Shown here piece after piece: positions 36,393 to 44,839 of a stretch of 46,541 nt of DNA. The notes under the pieces were generated by a model that was given only the letters and a program-made list of their open reading frames with translations, did no database searches and was not told the origin of the DNA. A program made the translations under genes and the position numbers. Positions within the stretch are counted from its first letter, which is position 1. Each line of letters starts with the position of its first letter. Origin of the DNA: Candidatus Bipolaricaulis sp. (lineage in GTDB: Bacteria > Bipolaricaulota > Bipolaricaulia > UBA7950 > UBA9294); contig JAQTVA010000001.1 of assembly GCA_028707055.1 (NCBI GenBank), forward strand, positions 1-46,541, read 5' to 3'.

Positions 36393-37658
36393 TCAGAGCG
36401 GCAGGGGATCGCGGATCGGGCGGCGGCCCCACTCCGTGCTGCGCGGGATGACGCGCCCACCCTGCATGACCCACGAGACCCCGGCGAGGGCCTTGATGTC
36501 AGCCAAGGGGTCTTGATCGACAAGGATGAGGTCCGCCAGCTTCCCCGGCTCGACCGTGCCGAGTCGATCCTGCAGGCCGAGGACCTCCGCGCCGACGCGC
36601 GTCGCCGACTCGATGGCCTCCATGTTCGAGAGACCCAGGCGCGTCAGGAGCTCGACCTCCTCCGGAAGGACACACCACGGGAAGTCGTCGAGCACGAAGT
36701 CGGTGCCCGCGGCGATCCGCACCCCGTACTTGCGCGCGAGCGCCATCGTCTTCGGAAGCTGGTCGACGCATCGCTGGAACCACGTCGCACTCGCCGCGAG
36801 GTCCTTCGCATCGCCCCACGGGAACGTCTCGGGCGTCGCCTGCCAGCGGCGGAGGCGCTCCGCGAGGTCGTGCTTGACCCACAGCGTCGGCACGAGGAAG
36901 ACGTCGTCGCGTCCCATCCGCTCGGCGGTCGCTTCGTCGAGGAAGCTGCCGTGCTCGATCGCATCGACGCCGGCGTCGACCGCCATCGCCGTCGTGACGA
37001 GGTTCGCGGCGTGAATCGAAACACGAAGCCCGAAGCGGTGGGCCTCGTCGACGCCGGCCGCGATCTCCTCCTGTCGGAACTCGGGGTGGTCGGTGCGGTG
37101 AGATGTCAGGAGCTTGATCAGGTCGACGCCGGCCTTGCGCTCCTCGCGAACCGCCTGGCGCACGGCGTCGGGCGAATCGACCTGGTGGACGGCGTCGGGG
37201 TCGTTCGACCCGTGCCCGCCGGTCATGCAGATCCCTTTTCCCGCCGTGTAGAGCCGCGGCCCGACGAGCTGCCCGCGCTCGATCGCCGAGCGGAGCGCCA
37301 GGTTGACCCGTGGGCCGCAAACGTCGCGGACCGTCGTCACGCCGGCCTGAAGGGCGCTACGCAGGTTCTGCGTCGCGAGCGCCGTCATGTACGCCGTCGC
37401 GTCGCCCCTCGGCTTGATCGGGATGAAGTCGGGGGAAGAGACGTGCACATGGGCGTCGATCATCCCCGGAAGGAGGTAGCGCCCTTTGGCGTCGACCTGT
37501 AGAGCGGCTGGCGGAATCGGCGTCGACCGTTTCGCCCCGGCGGCGACGATCCGCTCGCCCTCGACGACGACGACGGCATCGGCCACCGGCGGCCGCCCCG
37601 TTCCGTCGATGAGCGTCGCACCCACCACGGCGACGCACTTCTTCTGTCCCTCTGACAT
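36393..37658 (-). CDS. metal-dependent amidohydrolase (Amidohydro_1 superfamily, imidazolonepropionase/prolidase-like)
   Basis: LLPGMIDAHVHV is the HxH motif. SIHAANL, AIEHGSFL and AAGTDFV are also present. The ATG at 37658 lies 8 nt after GAGGAGG. Confidence 0.8.
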   Translation of the reverse strand: MSEGQKKCVAVVGATLIDGTGRPPVADAVVVVEGERIVAAGAKRSTPIPPAALQVDAKGRYLLPGMIDAHVHVSSPDFIPIKPRGDATAYMTALATQNLRSALQAGVTTVRDVCGPRVNLALRSAIERGQLVGPRLYTAGKGICMTGGHGSNDPDAVHQVDSPDAVRQAVREERKAGVDLIKLLTSHRTDHPEFRQEEIAAGVDEAHRFGLRVSIHAANLVTTAMAVDAGVDAIEHGSFLDEATAERMGRDDVFLVPTLWVKHDLAERLRRWQATPETFPWGDAKDLAASATWFQRCVDQLPKTMALARKYGVRIAAGTDFVLDDFPWCVLPEEVELLTRLGLSNMEAIESATRVGAEVLGLQDRLGTVEPGKLADLILVDQDPLADIKALAGVSWVMQGGRVIPRSTEWGRRPIRDPLPL

Positions 37659-37729
37659 CGCGAACCGCCTCCTCGACACCGTCGTGTGACGCTCGATGGC
37701 CGTGCCCCGCGGGCTGGGCCGCACGCAGC

Positions 37730-38779
37730 TTAGCAGATCCGCGGCACCGGATCGCCGAGGGGCATGTCGAGGAACCGCCGCCCGCCGACCTCGGTCGACA
37801 GGATCACGCGTTTCGGGTACTCATCGGTCACTCGGCCGATGACGGCGGCCGCGCTCCCGAGCGGATGGCTCCGGAGCGCCGCGAGGACGGCACTCGCCTT
37901 CGCCGGGTCGACAACGAGGATCGCCTTGCCCTCGTTGGCGACCTCGAGCGGCGAGATCCCAAGCAGCTCCGAGAGCCCGACGACCTCGGGGCGGAGCGGG
38001 ATCGCCGCCTCGTCGATCTCGATGCACGTGCCCGACTTCCGCGCCATCTCGTTCAGCGCGGCGGCGAGCCCGCCGCGCGTCGGGTCCTTCATCGCGCGAA
38101 TCCCGCCGACGGCGAGCGCCCGCTCGATCATCGGCCACAGGACCGCGACGTCGCTCCGAAGCTCCGTCGACAGGTGGAACTCCTCGCGAGCGGCGAGGAT
38201 CGCCATCCCGTGGTCGCCGATCGTCCCGCTCGCGATCACGACGTCGCCCACCCCGAACTCGGCGTCGGAGACGGCGCGCTCGGCGATCCCAAGCCCGGTC
38301 GTGTTGAGGACGATCCCGTCCAGCTCGCCGGCCGGCATCACCTTCGTGTCGCCGCAGGCGACGACGGCGTCCGTCTCGGCGAGCGCCGCGGCGAACGAGT
38401 CAAGGATCCGCTCGAGGTCGACGATCGGGAACCCCTCCGCAATCACCGCGGCGAGGGTCAGAACGATCGGCCGGGCTCCCATCATCGCGAGGTCGTTGAG
38501 CGTCCCCGCCGCGGCGAGCCGGCCGATGTCGCCGCCAGGGAAGAAGATCGGCTTCACCAAGTGACTGTCGGTCGTGATCACCAACTCGCCCGCTTTCGGC
38601 AGGGCGACCGTCGCTCCGTCGTCGAGGGCGGAGAGACCGATGCGGGCCGCACCCGCCGCATCGCTCTGCGGCGAGACCTTCTTGCCGAACCGCGGCAAGA
38701 TCAATCGCGCGAGGAGCTCGTCCATCAACTCCCCGCCGGCCCCGTGGAGTGGCGTGATCCTCGTCTCGCGGTCGGTCAT
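37730..38779 (-). CDS. hypE: [NiFe]-hydrogenase maturation protein HypE (carbamoyl dehydratase)
   Basis: It has an AIR-synthase-like fold. The N-terminus is ITPLHGAGGELMDELL. The characteristic C-terminus is ...PVPRIC. Confidence 0.9.
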   Translation of the reverse strand: MTDRETRITPLHGAGGELMDELLARLILPRFGKKVSPQSDAAGAARIGLSALDDGATVALPKAGELVITTDSHLVKPIFFPGGDIGRLAAAGTLNDLAMMGARPIVLTLAAVIAEGFPIVDLERILDSFAAALAETDAVVACGDTKVMPAGELDGIVLNTTGLGIAERAVSDAEFGVGDVVIASGTIGDHGMAILAAREEFHLSTELRSDVAVLWPMIERALAVGGIRAMKDPTRGGLAAALNEMARKSGTCIEIDEAAIPLRPEVVGLSELLGISPLEVANEGKAILVVDPAKASAVLAALRSHPLGSAAAVIGRVTDEYPKRVILSTEVGGRRFLDMPLGDPVPRIC

Positions 38780-39864
38780 AGCGGGCGCTCCCCCTGGTAG
38801 CGGAACCAGATGCTACACGCTCCCTCGGCGCCGACCATGCATGGTCCCACGGGCGACAGCGGCGTGCAGCGCGTCGCGAACAGCGGGCAGTCACTCGGCA
38901 CCGCGCGCGCCGTCAGGACGTCGGGGCAACGGCAGCCGCGGATCTCCACCTCATCCTCTAGCGCCTCGACGCCGAAGCGCCGGCGTGCGTCCAGCCTCTC
39001 GAATTCCGGGCGCAGGACAAGACCCGATGCAGGGATCGTGCCGATCCCCCGCCACATGGCGTCGGCCGTCTCGAACACCGTGTCGAGAAGCTTGAGCGCC
39101 GCAGGGTTCCCGCCCTCCGACACCGCGCGCGGGTAGCCGTTCTCGACGCGCGGCGTCTTGTCGTGGATCTGGCGAAGCAAGAGGGCCACTGCGTACAGGA
39201 CGTCCAGCGGCTCGAACCCGCCGACCACGACCGGGATCCGGTGGCGAGCGAGGTCGGTCTCGTACCCTTTGGTGCCGAGGATGGTCGACACGTGCCCCGG
39301 CGCGAGGTAGCCGGCGATCCCCGTGTCGGGGAGATCGAGGAGCGCGGCCATCGCCGGCGGGATCCGCTTGTGCGAAGTCAGGATCGACAAGTTGGCCGGA
39401 GGGTTGTCGACGGCCACGGCCGCCGTCATCGGCGCCGTCGTCTCGAACCCCACCGCAAAGAAGACGACCTCTCGCGGCTTTAACTCGCGCGCGATGCGTA
39501 TCGCCTCGTCGGCCGACAACACCGTGCGGACATCGACGCCCTGCGACCTAGCGCTTTCGAGCGACCGGTCCATGCCGGGCACGCGCAGCATGTCGCCGAA
39601 CGAGCAGACGATCGCGCCCTTCTCGCCCATGCGGATAGCGGTCTCGATGTCGGCCGCCGGCGTCACGCACACCGGACACCCCGGCCCCTCGAGGATCCTC
39701 ACCGACTCCGGCAGGAACCTGCGCAACCCATTGCGGGTGATGGCGATCTCGTGGGTCCCGCAGACGTGGACGAGCTTCACCGGCTCGCGCGGCGCCAGAA
39801 TGCGGATCGCGTCGGCCAGTTCGCGTGCCCGCTTCGGATCGGAGAAGTGAAACGGCTGGCTCAT
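38776..39864 (-). CDS. hypD: hydrogenase maturation protein HypD
   Basis: VHVCGTHE, GPGCPVCVTP, and the C-terminal CRCPDV...CPLFATRCTPLSPVGPCMVGAEGAC. 4-nt overlap with hypE. Confidence 0.92.
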   Translation of the reverse strand: MSQPFHFSDPKRARELADAIRILAPREPVKLVHVCGTHEIAITRNGLRRFLPESVRILEGPGCPVCVTPAADIETAIRMGEKGAIVCSFGDMLRVPGMDRSLESARSQGVDVRTVLSADEAIRIARELKPREVVFFAVGFETTAPMTAAVAVDNPPANLSILTSHKRIPPAMAALLDLPDTGIAGYLAPGHVSTILGTKGYETDLARHRIPVVVGGFEPLDVLYAVALLLRQIHDKTPRVENGYPRAVSEGGNPAALKLLDTVFETADAMWRGIGTIPASGLVLRPEFERLDARRRFGVEALEDEVEIRGCRCPDVLTARAVPSDCPLFATRCTPLSPVGPCMVGAEGACSIWFRYQGERPL

Positions 39865-40310
39865 CGACCGCGGCCACCTTGCTGCTTGGGCGCGGCCTGA
39901 GTTGTCGCGGATCGAGTCGCCTGGGTGGGATGGGCGCTACCCTGTCCCGCGGGCGGTCCTTGGATTGTCGCGGATCGAGTCACTTGTTTGGAATGGTCGC
40001 TACCCTGCTGCTCGGGCGTTGCCTGAGTTGTCGCGGATCGAGCCACGTGGCTGAGATGGGCGCCGCCCAGCTCCGCCGGGCCCTCGGCCGCCAGGGACTG
40101 CGACAGCTCGTCGAACAGCCGCAGCGTCTCCTCGGCATCCTCGGTTGTCAATCGCTGGATCGCGAACCCCGTGTGAACGAGAACGTAGTCCCCAATCGCC
40201 ACCGGCTCCCCGAGCGTGTCCAGACGTGCCGTCGTCTGCACACCCTGGTAGTCGACGACCGCCGTCTTTCCCGAGACCGAAATCACCCGCGCTGGCGCGG
40301 CAAGGCACAT
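39861..40310 (-). CDS. hypC: HypC/HupF-family hydrogenase assembly chaperone with ~70-aa repeat-containing C-terminal extension
   Basis: MCLAAPARVISV is the N-terminus with essential Cys2. ...GDYVLVHTGFAI follows. Three 21-aa repeats sit at the C-terminus. 4-nt overlap with hypD. Confidence 0.88.
   Translation of the reverse strand: MCLAAPARVISVSGKTAVVDYQGVQTTARLDTLGEPVAIGDYVLVHTGFAIQRLTTEDAEETLRLFDELSQSLAAEGPAELGGAHLSHVARSATTQATPEQQGSDHSKQVTRSATIQGPPAGQGSAHPTQATRSATTQAAPKQQGGRGR
39896..40075. repeat. three tandem 63-nt repeats within the 3' part of hypC (in frame, 21 aa each)
   Basis: The core ttgtcgcggatcgag recurs at 39902, 39965 and 40028 (period exactly 63). The encoded units are HLSHVARSATTQATPEQQGSD, HSKQVTRSATIQGPPAGQGSA and HPTQATRSATTQAAPKQQGG. 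Confidence 0.9.
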
Positions 40311-40329
40311 GAGGACATCACCGGCGGGG

Positions 40330-40335
40330 ATTATA
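40330..40335 (-). promoter_or_regulatory. candidate -10 box (TATAAT on minus strand) 19 nt upstream of hypC ATG
   Basis: The minus strand reads cacgcTATAATccccgccggtgatgtcctcATG. The -35 is weak. Confidence 0.35.
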
Positions 40336-40740
40336 GCGTGGTCACGCAGAGACCTCAGACGGGCTCACTGGTGCAGGCCGGCGAGGCTACGGGAAGTACC
40401 TACACACCGAACCACGGGGCCCTTGCTTCGACTCGTACCAGGTACGCCCGTGGACTCTCCAGTATCTAGAACCTCCGCACACCGTTTCATGGATGAGCTG
40501 GGCCGAGTTCGAGCCCCCTAGACTCCAAGGCTCTATATACGCTGTAGGGATGTCCGCTTTGCGATTCCATAGCCAGGCCGCGGCTCCGTAGCGCGCGGAG
40601 ACTGAGCGGATTGCGGGGCATCGTCAGCCGTACGCCGGGCCGGCGCGCACTGTGAGCGAGACGGGTGCTGTCCAGGGCGAATGCTCCGAGTCAGGCGAAC
40701 TCGCGACGCTCGCGAGACGAAGCGCCGCCATGATCGAGCG

Positions 40741-41604
40741 ATGTCAGCATGGGAGTGGGTGCAGTCTCTGTTGGTCTGCTTCGGTGCCGTGACGGCATCG
40801 GCCTTGTCTCCGGAAGCGGCTCTTGGCCAACAGACGGTGTCTGTGGTCGTTCCGCGCGGCGTTGCGGTCACTCTGGATGGATCTCTCGGGCCGGAGGAGT
40901 GGGAGGATGCGACCTCGGTCCCGATGAGCGATGTCGCAACGCTCTCCTTCAAGTACGCCGACAACTCGCTTTGGCTCGGGATCAGAGCCCGCGAGATGGG
41001 CGTTGGAAACCTCTTTGTCCTGAACCAGGGGCGGGTCAGGATCCTTCACTCCTCGGCCGCTCTGGGGACGGCCGAGTACACACCCCACGGCGATATCTGG
41101 CGGCTCACCCAGGACTTCGTCTGGCGGTGCCGCGCCGTCGGAGGGTCGGAGGCCGCGGTCGCAGAGCGAAGGAGTTTCCTCGAGTCGGACGGCTGGCTCG
41201 CAAGCACGGCCTACATGGGGAATCCGGGCGACCTGGAGTACCAGGTGCTATGGGATGGGGAGCCCCTATGTCTCGCTGTGCTGTGGCTCCCTGTGTCCAA
41301 TCCTGGAACTGCGACCTCATGGCCGGCAGCGATCCTCCAGGATGCTATCCCAGGCCGAATCCCGGCGATCGCGCACTTCACTCCGAGCCAGTGGGCCACC
41401 GTGGTCCTGGAGCCACCCCCGCTGGCTCTGTCTTCGCCGCGCTCCGGGGAGGAGATCCGAGATCTCGCCACGAGCAAGGCGCAGCAGGCGAACGGGCATC
41501 TGCGCCAGTGTAGGCATTGGCTCCTGCCCGTTGCCGCGCGGATGCCTCGATCCACGCACGAAGACGATCCGAGTCCACGTCAAGCGGCAGAAGGCCTTGC
41601 ATGA
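40741..41604 (+). CDS. secreted hypothetical protein, CBM9/DOMON-like
   Basis: MSAWEWVQSLLVCFGAVTASALSPEAALG is a signal peptide. VTLDGSLGPEEWEDATSV resembles the (I/V)xxDGxLxExxW motif of CBM9-like domains. The last ~50 aa look low-quality, and the 3' end overlaps the next gene (ATGA). Confidence 0.6.
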   Translation: MSAWEWVQSLLVCFGAVTASALSPEAALGQQTVSVVVPRGVAVTLDGSLGPEEWEDATSVPMSDVATLSFKYADNSLWLGIRAREMGVGNLFVLNQGRVRILHSSAALGTAEYTPHGDIWRLTQDFVWRCRAVGGSEAAVAERRSFLESDGWLASTAYMGNPGDLEYQVLWDGEPLCLAVLWLPVSNPGTATSWPAAILQDAIPGRIPAIAHFTPSQWATVVLEPPPLALSSPRSGEEIRDLATSKAQQANGHLRQCRHWLLPVAARMPRSTHEDDPSPRQAAEGLA

Positions 41605-43274
41605 CTCGCATCGTGAGGAGCTTGGGGGCCGCGGCACTCCGTCATCGGGTCCTGGTGCTCTTGCCTCTCGTCGGCCTTCTCGTCGCCGCAGCCGTAGCAG
41701 TCGTTGCCCTGATGTCTCCAGCCCCGCCTGTCGCCGTACCGGCTGAGGAGTTCTCCGCCGCTCGTGCGTTCGAGCACATTCTGGCCATTGCCCAAGAGCC
41801 TCGCCCGATCGGCAGTCCAGGGAACAGGCGTGCGCGCGCGAGCATCGTCGAACGGCTTCACCTCTTGGGTCTCGAAGCGGAGCTGCAGACAACCAGGGTT
41901 CGCAACTACTACGGCACTTCAGGCGGAAGCGTTGAGGTCGTCAGTGTCATGGCACGGATCCCAGGAACGGCGTCGACCAAGGCAGTGGCCTTGATGGGGC
42001 ACTACGACACCTTCCCGGGCGCACCGGGAGCGAACGACGACGCATCTGCGGTGGGCATCATGCTGGAGACAGCGCGAGCGCTGTTGGCTGGCCCCCGGCC
42101 ACGCAACGACGTGATTCTCCTCTTCACGGACGGCGAGGAGCCGGCGCCGCGCTTCGGATCCTCGGCCTTCGTCGCCGGACACCTGTGGGCCGCGGGCATC
42201 GGATTCCTGATCAATCTCGAGGCACTCGGTGCCGGCGGACCCTCCCTGCTGGCGGAAGCAAGCGGCCCACAGGGGTGGGCCGTCGATCAGTACGCGGCGG
42301 CGGTACCCTATCCGGCGGCCTTCTCCTTCGTCACGGCGACCGCCGAGTTGATCGGCGGCTCGAACAGCGACTTCGCCACGTTCCGAGACCGGGGAATCCC
42401 CGGCGTCGAGCTGGCCTACCTGCACGGCTCGCCGATCTATCACACCTCAGCCGACGCGCCGGAGCGCGTTAGCCTGCGCAGCCTGCACCAGCAGGGCGCG
42501 AACACGCTCGCTCTCACCCGACGCGTAGGGAATCTGGATCTCGGCAGGTCTCATGACGATTCAGGAAGCATCTTCTTCACCGTTGCTCGCCTGTTCGTGA
42601 TCCGCTATCCGGCGTCCTGGGCTCTTCCGATCGCTTTGCTGACCGGCGTGGTTCTCGCCATCGCCGGGTGGCGAGAGCGAGCGTGGCTCAGGGCTCTCCA
42701 GAGCAGTGGGGCGATGCTCGTCACCGTGGTCGTTGCGGCTGTGGCTGCGGTCGGCATCTGGATTGGACTTACAGGCTGGCGGAGTGCCATGGGCATCGCC
42801 GAGAGCTACGTCTACCTCGCCGGTTTCATCCTCCTCGGTGTAGGAGTCGTCGCTGCCGTTGCGCGGCTTGCCAGACGGCAGATCCCCGCGGGACCTGATG
42901 CGCTCGGTGTCCTGCTGGTGTGGTGGCTGCTCGGACTGCTCGTTGCCCTCTGGGCTCCCGGGATGAGCTACCTCTTCGCCTGGCCGGCACTGGCAGGGGG
43001 GCTTGTGCTCGTGTGCCGGTCGTTGTGTGGTACGAGGCGATGGCCAAAACTCGCAGGCTGGATAGTGGTAGCCGGCACAACGCTCGTCTTGCTCGTTCCG
43101 GCAGTGGACATCTTCTACCAGCTCGCTCAGCCCCGACACGGCAATCCCGATTCCCAAGTCCTTCCTTTCGTTGCCATTCCCGTCCTTCTCATTGGGATGA
43201 GCATGGAACTCCTCCGGGTCTTCAGGGTGATGCGCTCCGCGAGGACCGATCATGGGAACAGGTGCGTTTCCTGA
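41601..43274 (+). CDS. M28-family metallopeptidase with N-terminal anchor and C-terminal polytopic membrane domain
   Basis: MGHYDTFPGAPGANDDASAVGIMLETARAL...LLFTDGEEPAPRFGSSAF carries the M28 zinc ligands. Several hydrophobic helices occur in the last ~230 aa. I chose the ATG at 41601; 41517 is possible. Confidence 0.8.
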   Translation: MTRIVRSLGAAALRHRVLVLLPLVGLLVAAAVAVVALMSPAPPVAVPAEEFSAARAFEHILAIAQEPRPIGSPGNRRARASIVERLHLLGLEAELQTTRVRNYYGTSGGSVEVVSVMARIPGTASTKAVALMGHYDTFPGAPGANDDASAVGIMLETARALLAGPRPRNDVILLFTDGEEPAPRFGSSAFVAGHLWAAGIGFLINLEALGAGGPSLLAEASGPQGWAVDQYAAAVPYPAAFSFVTATAELIGGSNSDFATFRDRGIPGVELAYLHGSPIYHTSADAPERVSLRSLHQQGANTLALTRRVGNLDLGRSHDDSGSIFFTVARLFVIRYPASWALPIALLTGVVLAIAGWRERAWLRALQSSGAMLVTVVVAAVAAVGIWIGLTGWRSAMGIAESYVYLAGFILLGVGVVAAVARLARRQIPAGPDALGVLLVWWLLGLLVALWAPGMSYLFAWPALAGGLVLVCRSLCGTRRWPKLAGWIVVAGTTLVLLVPAVDIFYQLAQPRHGNPDSQVLPFVAIPVLLIGMSMELLRVFRVMRSARTDHGNRCVS

Positions 43275-43295
43275 CCGACAGACGCCTCTGCAACA

Positions 43296-44231
43296 GTGCC
43301 AGGAGTTCGACAGGACCAATCCACACCCCATCGATGGCCGTATGACGAGAAGGCGGCTGCGCTCTACCTCCCTGTTGCGGCGATCGCGTTGACGGTCGAT
43401 TCGGAGCCCTCGACGAATCGGAACCGCCTGGTGAAGGTCGTGCGACGGGACAAGGCAGCGCATCCTGATCTCCGGCTCGTCCTCTTCGGTGAGGTGACGT
43501 TGGGCTGGTTCACGAAGGGCAAGGAGACGGAGAGCTACTACGAGCGCATTGCGGAGACGATTCCCGGACCGACCATGAAAGCCGTCGCGAGCGTGGCACG
43601 CGAGCTCGGAGTGCACATTTCGTACGGCATGGTGGAGCGGCACGACCGCGGATTGAGCAACACCCAGGTCGTCATCGATCCTGGTGGGCAACTGCTTGCG
43701 ACGTACCGCATGGTCAATCTCCGGCTCAAGTTCCTTACGCCGGGTCCACGGCGTGCACAGGTGTTCGAGATCGACGGCGTGCGGTGCACGATCATGATCT
43801 GCTATGACATGCAGAGCTTCCTCCTCGGTCGCGAGATTCACCGCGCCCGCCCGGAGGTCATTCTGTTCAGCGTAGCCGATGACGAGCGTACGTGGTTCGC
43901 CGCCCAGCACACGGCTGCGCGCTTCGACGCGTGGATCGTCTGCGCAAACCGGTACGGAGAAGAGTCTGGGTGGATGTGGCCGGGGCAGATCTTCGTTTCC
44001 GATCCGCTGGGCAGGATTCGGGCAGGAAGTCTCGGTGGGGAGAAGGTCCTGTACTACCGGATCCCGATCGTTCGAAAGCATGGGCCAATCGCTAGAGGAG
44101 TCCGGCGAACCTTCATAACGGTCCGGCTAGCCCTGATCATCCTTGCGAATGTGCATGGGGCCTGGGGATTCGCCGTCAATCGAGTCCGTGTTCTCATGCG
44201 GCGAAGAAGGCGCAAGCCGAAGAAGCTCTAG
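43296..44231 (+). CDS. carbon-nitrogen hydrolase (nitrilase superfamily) with C-terminal hydrophobic helix and polybasic tail
   Basis: LVLFGEVT carries the Glu and CTIMICYDMQ the nucleophile Cys. The tail is VRLALIILANVHGAWGFAV...RRRRRKPKKL. The GTG start is uncertain. Confidence 0.75.
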   Translation: MPGVRQDQSTPHRWPYDEKAAALYLPVAAIALTVDSEPSTNRNRLVKVVRRDKAAHPDLRLVLFGEVTLGWFTKGKETESYYERIAETIPGPTMKAVASVARELGVHISYGMVERHDRGLSNTQVVIDPGGQLLATYRMVNLRLKFLTPGPRRAQVFEIDGVRCTIMICYDMQSFLLGREIHRARPEVILFSVADDERTWFAAQHTAARFDAWIVCANRYGEESGWMWPGQIFVSDPLGRIRAGSLGGEKVLYYRIPIVRKHGPIARGVRRTFITVRLALIILANVHGAWGFAVNRVRVLMRRRRRKPKKL

Positions 44232-44839
44232 GCTCCGTTGCCCGGGAGCATGGAAAGTCGCTGCGCATCCCCGTCGAGGATCAAGGCACAGAGGTCTTGG
44301 AGACTATTCGCGATCGCATCTTCGATCTCTTCTTCACGAGCTAAGGCTGCGACAAGGGACTGCGCTCGGGTCGTGGGCGGGCAATGGAGTGGTCAGAGAG
44401 GGCCACGACTCCTTCCGAGCGGGGAGGACATGCGATCTGCGTCGACCTTCCGCTTCCTGCCACCGCGAAGCAAGCGTTCGATCGACCTGACGTCCGCAGA
44501 TGGGTTTCGTTGAATCGCAGCCAGCTCGCAGACGGAGATCACCACCTCGCGACGGCCACCCGCGTTCTCTGATCGGTCCCCCAGGCTCCAGCCAAGGGGA
44601 CTCGAACTTCCGCAGCAGGAGCCTTCTCATGTAGAACCTGGCACTGCCGGTGGCCTGAGTGTCGCATCCTCGCGAGAGGTGCGCTGCAGACCGGAAGTAG
44701 CCGGTCAAGCCGACAACGTAGACCGACCGTGCGCTCCGGCGCCTGCTCATGCCGGCTGTTCGCAGGGGTAGCCAGATGACTGGTGGCTATTCTCGTCGGG
44801 CGATCTTCGCGCTAGATTGGCGGAAAGGACGGAGGCGAA

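Noticed and set aside
39896-40075. Three evenly spaced direct repeats that could be mistaken for a mini-CRISPR array.
   Set aside because: The period is exactly 63 nt with no unique spacers. The repeats are contiguous and in frame within hypC, encoding 21-aa peptide repeats. No cas genes are present.
41517-41600. Longer start for the M28 peptidase (ORF-track start at 41517).
   Set aside because: - The extra 28 residues (MAPARCRADASIHARRRSESTSSGRRPC) are non-protein-like and overlap the upstream gene.
- The ATG at 41601 gives a typical basic N-terminus plus TM anchor and an ATGA coupling overlap.
- The choice remains uncertain.
44590-44625. Possible tRNA gene on the minus strand (GGAAGTTCGAGTCCCC), and a similar motif at 40505-40522.
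   Set aside because: The T-stems do not pair (A-C mismatches), and no full cloverleaf can be drawn. At most these are degraded fragments.
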